Shown one piece after another: positions 58,882 through 64,000 of a stretch of DNA of 64,000 nucleotides. The notes beneath the pieces were generated by a model. It did not search any database, had not been told where the DNA came from, and saw only the letters and a list, made by a program, of their open reading frames with translations. The position numbers were made by a program, and so were the translations under genes. The DNA is taken from NCBI GenBank assembly GCA_964585475.1, contig CAZPDF010000006.1:8531-72530 (forward strand), in the 5' to 3' direction. The DNA comes from an uncultured Candidatus Saccharibacteria bacterium. Its GTDB lineage: Bacteria; Patescibacteriota; Minisyncoccia; Sungbacterales; HO2-52-23. The stretch's first letter is position 1. The number at the start of each line of letters is the position of its first letter.

Positions 58882-59520
58882 ATGAAATCACAAATCACAA
58901 ATCACAAATCACAAACAAATTCTAAACGCGTTTGGAATTTAGAATTTTGGTCGTTGGGATTTGTTTGGAATTTGGTGCTTGGGGCTTGGAATTTTCCTTC
59001 GCGCGGTCGCGCGAAGGGCATCTCCCTTATCGAGGCCGTGGTCTATATTGCGCTTCTCGGGATTTTCGCGGTTTTCATTTCTAATTTCCTGCTGCAGATT
59101 GTAAATACCTACTATCGCGCCCGGGCCGAGCGGGAAGTATTGTCGAATGCGCGGCTTCTGCTTGAAACGGTGACTAAATTCGTTGCGCAGTCAAGCGAAG
59201 TATATGCGCCGACAAGCAGCTTTAACACGAATCTCGGCCAGCTCTCGCTTATTACGACAGCCACATCCACCCCGGAGCACACTACCTCGTATAGGGATTT
59301 CTGGGTTGATAACGGGGTTTTCTTTTTGCGGCGTGAGGGCGGATCCTCCATGGCCCTCTCGGCGCCTTCGGTGCGCGTGACCAAATTCCGGCTGGAGAGA
59401 ATCGTGCAGGGACTTGCCCGCGAGGCGGTAAAGGTTACCCTGGAAGTCGCATCCGCGCAGTCCAAATTCCCGACCTCCGCCACCCTTAATTCAACCACGG
59501 CTTTGAGAGGCAACTACTAA
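58882..59520 (+). CDS. Prepilin-type (PilW-like) protein
   Basis: GISLIEAVVY; start MKSQITNH. Confidence 0.85.
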   Translation: MKSQITNHKSQTNSKRVWNLEFWSLGFVWNLVLGAWNFPSRGRAKGISLIEAVVYIALLGIFAVFISNFLLQIVNTYYRARAEREVLSNARLLLETVTKFVAQSSEVYAPTSSFNTNLGQLSLITTATSTPEHTTSYRDFWVDNGVFFLRREGGSSMALSAPSVRVTKFRLERIVQGLAREAVKVTLEVASAQSKFPTSATLNSTTALRGNY

Positions 59521-59535
59521 AATTTACAATTTTCA

Positions 59536-60978
59536 ATGACCAATTTTCAATCTAGACGGAATTTAAAACGAGTGCCGCGTTGGAATGTTTGGGAATTGGG
59601 AATTGGGAATTGGGAATTCCGTTCGCGCTTCAGCGCGAACGGGTATGCTGCCCTGACGACGATAATCCTCGCAGTTATTGTCTCCTTGGTGGTTGTCGGC
59701 GGCTTTACATTTTTTGCTCTGCAGGAAGTCGGCATAAACCGGATATTTACGAAATCCATTGACGCGCTATATATAGCGGAAAGCGGTATCGAGGATATGG
59801 TATGGCGTGTTATGTCCGGAAAACAGACCGGAAGTCCGGAAACGCTCGGGGTAGGAAAAGGCACCACCACCATCAATGTCACCGTAACTCCGGATAACAA
59901 GCGGATTATCCGTTCCGATGGGCAGAGAGATGGCGTTAGGCGCAGTCTTGAGACGAGGATTGATCTTTCCATAACTAATGCGAGTTTCATCTATGGAGCG
60001 CAGGTGGGCGGCGGTGGACTTGAAATGGAGAATAACGCAACCCTAAACGGAAGCGTATTTTCCAACGGTACGATCATTGGGGATAACGGAGCCGTTATTA
60101 CCGGCGATGCGTTTGCGGCATCCAACTCACAAATTAGCTTTATGGCGGTGGATGGTAACGCGCAGGCCTTTATTATCGCGACAAGCTCCATCGGGGGGTA
60201 CGCGACGTCCACTAATCTTTTCCATAATTCGAGCTCCGGAAAAGACGTTCATGCCGACAAAATCATAAATAGCGCGGTGACTGCGGACGCTTATTATTAT
60301 GATGTAATAATTAACAGCACCGTTCTTGGATCAAGTTTTCCCGGGAATCCCGGCCCGCCAACACTTTCTCCAATTCCTCTACCCATATCCGATGCCACTA
60401 TCAACCAATGGAAACAAGAGGCAGAACAACTTGGGACGATTGCGTCTGGCGGCTGCGGACAGGACTGGACCCCTCCCACAAGTCCTTACACCTTGAACGG
60501 CGGAGTTTTAGATCGCAATCTTGTTCTTACCAATAACCAAATTCTTATTATGCGGGGGACAATATGGGTGAAATGCAATGTAGATATTTCAAATGGTGCA
60601 ACCATACGGCTTGATTCCGCATACGGTGATACTAGCGGTGCGCTGGTTGCCGACGGCTGGATGCACCTGCAAAATAACGGCCAGTTTCAAGGATCCGGCG
60701 TTGCCGGAAGTTATCTCATGCTTTTGACAACGGCGTCCGGAGGCGGGCATCACGGCTCGGCCATTGACTTGCACAATAATGCGGGAGGAGCAATATTTTA
60801 CGCCCAAAACGGAATGATTTTTCTGCACCAAAACGTTTCGGTAACTGAACTTATTGGCTACCGTCTGCATATGGAAAATAACTCCGTTCTTACTTACGAG
60901 ATCGGTTTGCAGAATGTGCGATTCTCGGCTGGCCCGGCCGGAGGATATGATCTTAAATACTGGAAGGAAGTGGAATAG
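59536..60978 (+). CDS. PilX-like minor pilin with beta-solenoid C-terminus
   Basis: GYAAL (no E5), ALYIAESGIE, C-terminal YWKE. Confidence 0.8.
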   Translation: MTNFQSRRNLKRVPRWNVWELGIGNWEFRSRFSANGYAALTTIILAVIVSLVVVGGFTFFALQEVGINRIFTKSIDALYIAESGIEDMVWRVMSGKQTGSPETLGVGKGTTTINVTVTPDNKRIIRSDGQRDGVRRSLETRIDLSITNASFIYGAQVGGGGLEMENNATLNGSVFSNGTIIGDNGAVITGDAFAASNSQISFMAVDGNAQAFIIATSSIGGYATSTNLFHNSSSGKDVHADKIINSAVTADAYYYDVIINSTVLGSSFPGNPGPPTLSPIPLPISDATINQWKQEAEQLGTIASGGCGQDWTPPTSPYTLNGGVLDRNLVLTNNQILIMRGTIWVKCNVDISNGATIRLDSAYGDTSGALVADGWMHLQNNGQFQGSGVAGSYLMLLTTASGGGHHGSAIDLHNNAGGAIFYAQNGMIFLHQNVSVTELIGYRLHMENNSVLTYEIGLQNVRFSAGPAGGYDLKYWKEVE

Positions 60979-60990
60979 TAAATAAACAAA

Positions 60991-62454
60991 ATGCAAAGTC
61001 AAAAGTCAAAAGTCAAAAGTCAAAACCTAAAAATTATCCCGCCAAAAGCAGGATACCGAAACTTTGGACTCGAGGGGGGCTACGCGGCCTTGACCGTTAC
61101 CTTGCTTACCCTCGTTGTTTCGCTTACCATCGTGGGGGGACTTACCTTGTTTACCATCCGAGAAGTTAACATAAACCGCGCTTTTACGAAATCCATTGAT
61201 TCCTATTTTATCTCAGAAGGCGGAATAGAGGATGCGCTATATCGGGTGCTTGCAGGAAAACAGCTTACTAATGGCGAAACCTTAGGGGTAGGGAAGGGAA
61301 CCACGACTTTGCTGGTTACTGTTTTTGGAAGTGAAACTACCATTCGTTCTGAAGGAAGGAGGGATACTATCCAAAGGAATCTTGAAACAAAGGCGGCCAA
61401 AGAAACGGTGGGAACCAGTTTTATTTACGGAGTCCAAGTGGGAGATGGAGGGGTGGAAATGAGTAATACCGCCGCTATAAATGGCAGCTTCTATTCTAAT
61501 GGTCCTCTTGTCGGTCAAAACTCGCCTACTATCACCGGGGATGTATTTGCGGCAAGTACTTCGGCGGTTACCGGTACATTTACAATAAATGGAAACGTGC
61601 GTGCTCACCGGATACAAGGGGAGCAGAATGATCAAATTGAAATTGCCGGATTTGCCTCTTCCAGCACGTTGATTGACGATGCGGTAGTTGGGGGGAGCGC
61701 TTCTGCGGATATGTTTGATGACAGCGCGATTAGCCAAAATGCATATTATCAGACCTCAATATCCGCGGATACCACGGTGCTGGGCAGTACAATTCAGATT
61801 TCAAACACTAATTTTGATCTCCCCGTTCTGCCCATGCCCATAAGCGACGCACAGCTTGATCAATGGGAGCAGGAGGCGCAAGCGGGCGGTATTCACACCT
61901 CACCCTGTCCGTATGAGTTGACGTCCGGCACCACCAATCTGGGTCCCAGGAAAATCGCCTGCGATATGGATATCAAGAATACGGCAGTTGTGAATCTCAC
62001 GGGAACTCTCTGGGTTGCCGGTAATCTTACTATTCAGAATTCGGCAATTGTACGCTTAGACCCCGCTTACGGATCCGGCAGCGGGTTAATTATCGTAGAT
62101 GATCCTTCTAACCGTTCTACGGGAAGCATCCTGGATGTGAAGAATTCTATGCAAGTTCTCGGTTCGGGTACTGCAGGAAGTTATGTAATGCTGGTTTCCC
62201 GAAATAATTCGGCAGAAAGCGGAGGCAGCAACGATGCGATCGAGATAAACAATACATCTTCTGCCCCTATTTACTACGCACCCCACGGATCCATAGAGAT
62301 TCACAATTCCGCTACACTTAAAGAAGTGACGGCATACAAACTCGAGATTAGAAATTCTGCAACGGTTACCTATGAGACCGGTCTGGCTAATGTAAATTTT
62401 TCCTTGGGGCCGTCGGGAGGATATAACGTAAGATATTGGCGGGAAGTCGAATAG
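60991..62454 (+). CDS. PilX-like minor pilin, paralog of the upstream gene
   Basis: GYAAL, shared FTKSID, ETLGVGKGTTT, FIYG.QVG.GG, YWRE. Confidence 0.8.
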   Translation: MQSQKSKVKSQNLKIIPPKAGYRNFGLEGGYAALTVTLLTLVVSLTIVGGLTLFTIREVNINRAFTKSIDSYFISEGGIEDALYRVLAGKQLTNGETLGVGKGTTTLLVTVFGSETTIRSEGRRDTIQRNLETKAAKETVGTSFIYGVQVGDGGVEMSNTAAINGSFYSNGPLVGQNSPTITGDVFAASTSAVTGTFTINGNVRAHRIQGEQNDQIEIAGFASSSTLIDDAVVGGSASADMFDDSAISQNAYYQTSISADTTVLGSTIQISNTNFDLPVLPMPISDAQLDQWEQEAQAGGIHTSPCPYELTSGTTNLGPRKIACDMDIKNTAVVNLTGTLWVAGNLTIQNSAIVRLDPAYGSGSGLIIVDDPSNRSTGSILDVKNSMQVLGSGTAGSYVMLVSRNNSAESGGSNDAIEINNTSSAPIYYAPHGSIEIHNSATLKEVTAYKLEIRNSATVTYETGLANVNFSLGPSGGYNVRYWREVE

Positions 62455-62482
62455 GGGGAGAATTAGTAGTATAATGTAAGAC

Positions 62483-63592
62483 ATGGCGATGGTAACGGCT
62501 ATACGAAATCAAATTTTAAGGATCGCGGACCCATTTATTCGTATTCCCGTCTTGGGCCTCGATATTTCTGATCTCTCCATAAAATATCTGAAATTCGGAG
62601 GGGGACGGATGCTTACTCTTGACGATTTTGGAGAAGTTACGGTCGCCGAAGGCATTATTTCTAACGGGGAGATCAGGGATGAGGAAGCGCTCGTGACTAC
62701 GTTAAATTCGTGGCTGTTGAAAGACGGTCGGCGGTTTCGAGGGTCTTTTGTTGCCGTATCGCTTCCTGAAGAGAAAAGTTTTTTGCGTCTGATCCAGCTC
62801 CCCAAGATCAAGCGGGAAGAATTGGGAAATGCGATCCGATGGGAGATTGAGGCAAATATTCCCATGCCGGCGGATGAACTTAGTTACGACTATGAAGTTA
62901 TTGAGCCGCTGGAGGGTGGCGCTGACCATTTTGACGTTGTCTTAACCGCTTTCCCCAAAGCCATAGTTGAATCCTATGTGCGGGTTCTGAAAAAATCGGG
63001 CTTGGAGCCCTTGGCCCTTGAACTTGAATCACAGGCGATAATCCGCGCGGCCATTGCAGATCTAAAAGAGAGAACCGCTAAGCTAGTGGTGGACATGGGG
63101 CGTACGCGAACAAGTTTTATTATAATTTCTGGTGGCGCGATTATTTTTACCACCACGATTGAGCTTGGGGGCCGGTTGCTGGAAGAGCACATTGTAAGGG
63201 GTCTGGGTGTCGACTGGGGTAAGGCGGTGGTCCTCAAAAAGGAGGTAGGGTTTAATAAAAAAGAACTTGAAGGCAGAGTTTTTACGGCCCTGGTTCCTCC
63301 TGTGGCTGCATTCGGCGACGAATTACGCCGCAGCATCGAGTACTATCATAACCACACCAAGCACATTCACGGCGCAAGCGAATCCATCGAAGAAATTTTG
63401 CTCGTCGGAGGAGATGCCAACCTTAATGGTCTCGATACGTATCTTTCGAGCATGCTCAAGGTGCCGGTAAGACTTGCTAATCCCTTTGCTTCAATTCGCC
63501 ATCGCCTCGCTTATGCCATTCCGCCTATTGCCAAAAATAAAGCCCTCGCTTTTACCACTGCGCTCGGCCTGGCCATGCGCGGCTTAGAGTAG
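62483..63592 (+). CDS. pilM: Type IV pilus assembly protein PilM
   Basis: GLDISD, VDMGRTRT, LVGGDANL, ALGLAMR. Confidence 0.92.
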   Translation: MAMVTAIRNQILRIADPFIRIPVLGLDISDLSIKYLKFGGGRMLTLDDFGEVTVAEGIISNGEIRDEEALVTTLNSWLLKDGRRFRGSFVAVSLPEEKSFLRLIQLPKIKREELGNAIRWEIEANIPMPADELSYDYEVIEPLEGGADHFDVVLTAFPKAIVESYVRVLKKSGLEPLALELESQAIIRAAIADLKERTAKLVVDMGRTRTSFIIISGGAIIFTTTIELGGRLLEEHIVRGLGVDWGKAVVLKKEVGFNKKELEGRVFTALVPPVAAFGDELRRSIEYYHNHTKHIHGASESIEEILLVGGDANLNGLDTYLSSMLKVPVRLANPFASIRHRLAYAIPPIAKNKALAFTTALGLAMRGLE

Positions 63593-63600
63593 ATCCGCTT

Positions 63601-64000
63601 ATGCTTACCATCAACCTTCTCCCGTCGCAGGAGAGAAAGATAGTAGAGTTTGCCAAAACGCGCCGCGTCATGGCCTTTTTGGCGATTCTGGCGTCAACTC
63701 TTTTTTTATTTGCCTCTTCCCTTCTGCTTCCCTCGTTTCTTCCGCTTTATTTTGAACGGCGAGAGCTTGAACGGTCTTTGGTTTTGGAGAGGATGGCGTC
63801 CGCGGCGTTGAAAGTTGATGAGACAGTGGTGCGTATCCGGGCCCTGCAGTCCGTTATCTCCACGGCAAAAAATTCTCTCTCCGCACCGCTCAAGGCGTCT
63901 TTTATTCTTGATAGCATCCTTGAGCGTTTGGGTAACGCCATTACGTTGACCAAACTTACGGTACTGAAGGAAGATACTATTTTTTTGACCGGGAGCGCCA
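63601..64000 (+). CDS. pilN: PilN-like protein (runs off the window)
   Basis: MLTINLLP start motif followed by a TM, directly after pilM. Confidence 0.75.
   Translation, partial: MLTINLLPSQERKIVEFAKTRRVMAFLAILASTLFLFASSLLLPSFLPLYFERRELERSLVLERMASAALKVDETVVRIRALQSVISTAKNSLSAPLKASFILDSILERLGNAITLTKLTVLKEDTIFLTGSA

Noticed and set aside
59536-62454. DGR template/variable repeat pair
   Set aside because: Similarity reflects ordinary paralogy; no adenine-specific differences or reverse transcriptase seen

Overview
A 64-kb chromosomal segment that looks like a Patescibacteria/CPR (Parcubacteria-like) genome; this taxonomy is inferred from gene content (CPR-type VirB2/TrbC-like pilins, short rpsA, type IV pilus cluster, many orphan membrane proteins). 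Housekeeping genes include rpsA, gyrA, rpmG, rplJ, rplL, pcm, mltG, recG, lemA, pilC and pilM, plus seven intact tRNAs. Accessory protein systems include an ARC-Dop-UBact-PafA tagging operon with no 20S core genes at the locus, a ClpP divergent from a Lon-N/Clp-AAA+ fusion that carries an IGF loop, a LexA-methyltransferase fusion next to an MvaI/BcnI-like endonuclease, and a 1218-aa metallophosphoesterase-like protein. The most unusual signal is non-coding. Several families of small palindromic elements sit in-frame in proteins (S1, a GT2, an MBL-fold protein, and RecG, which carries a whole GxxExxY nuclease), at -35 boxes with 4-bp target duplications, and in tRNA loops. At three tRNA loci (Leu, Pro, Ser) an intact tRNA lies nested inside interrupted same-isotype tRNAs, up to several layers deep. 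All calls come from reading the sequence by eye; no database searches were run.
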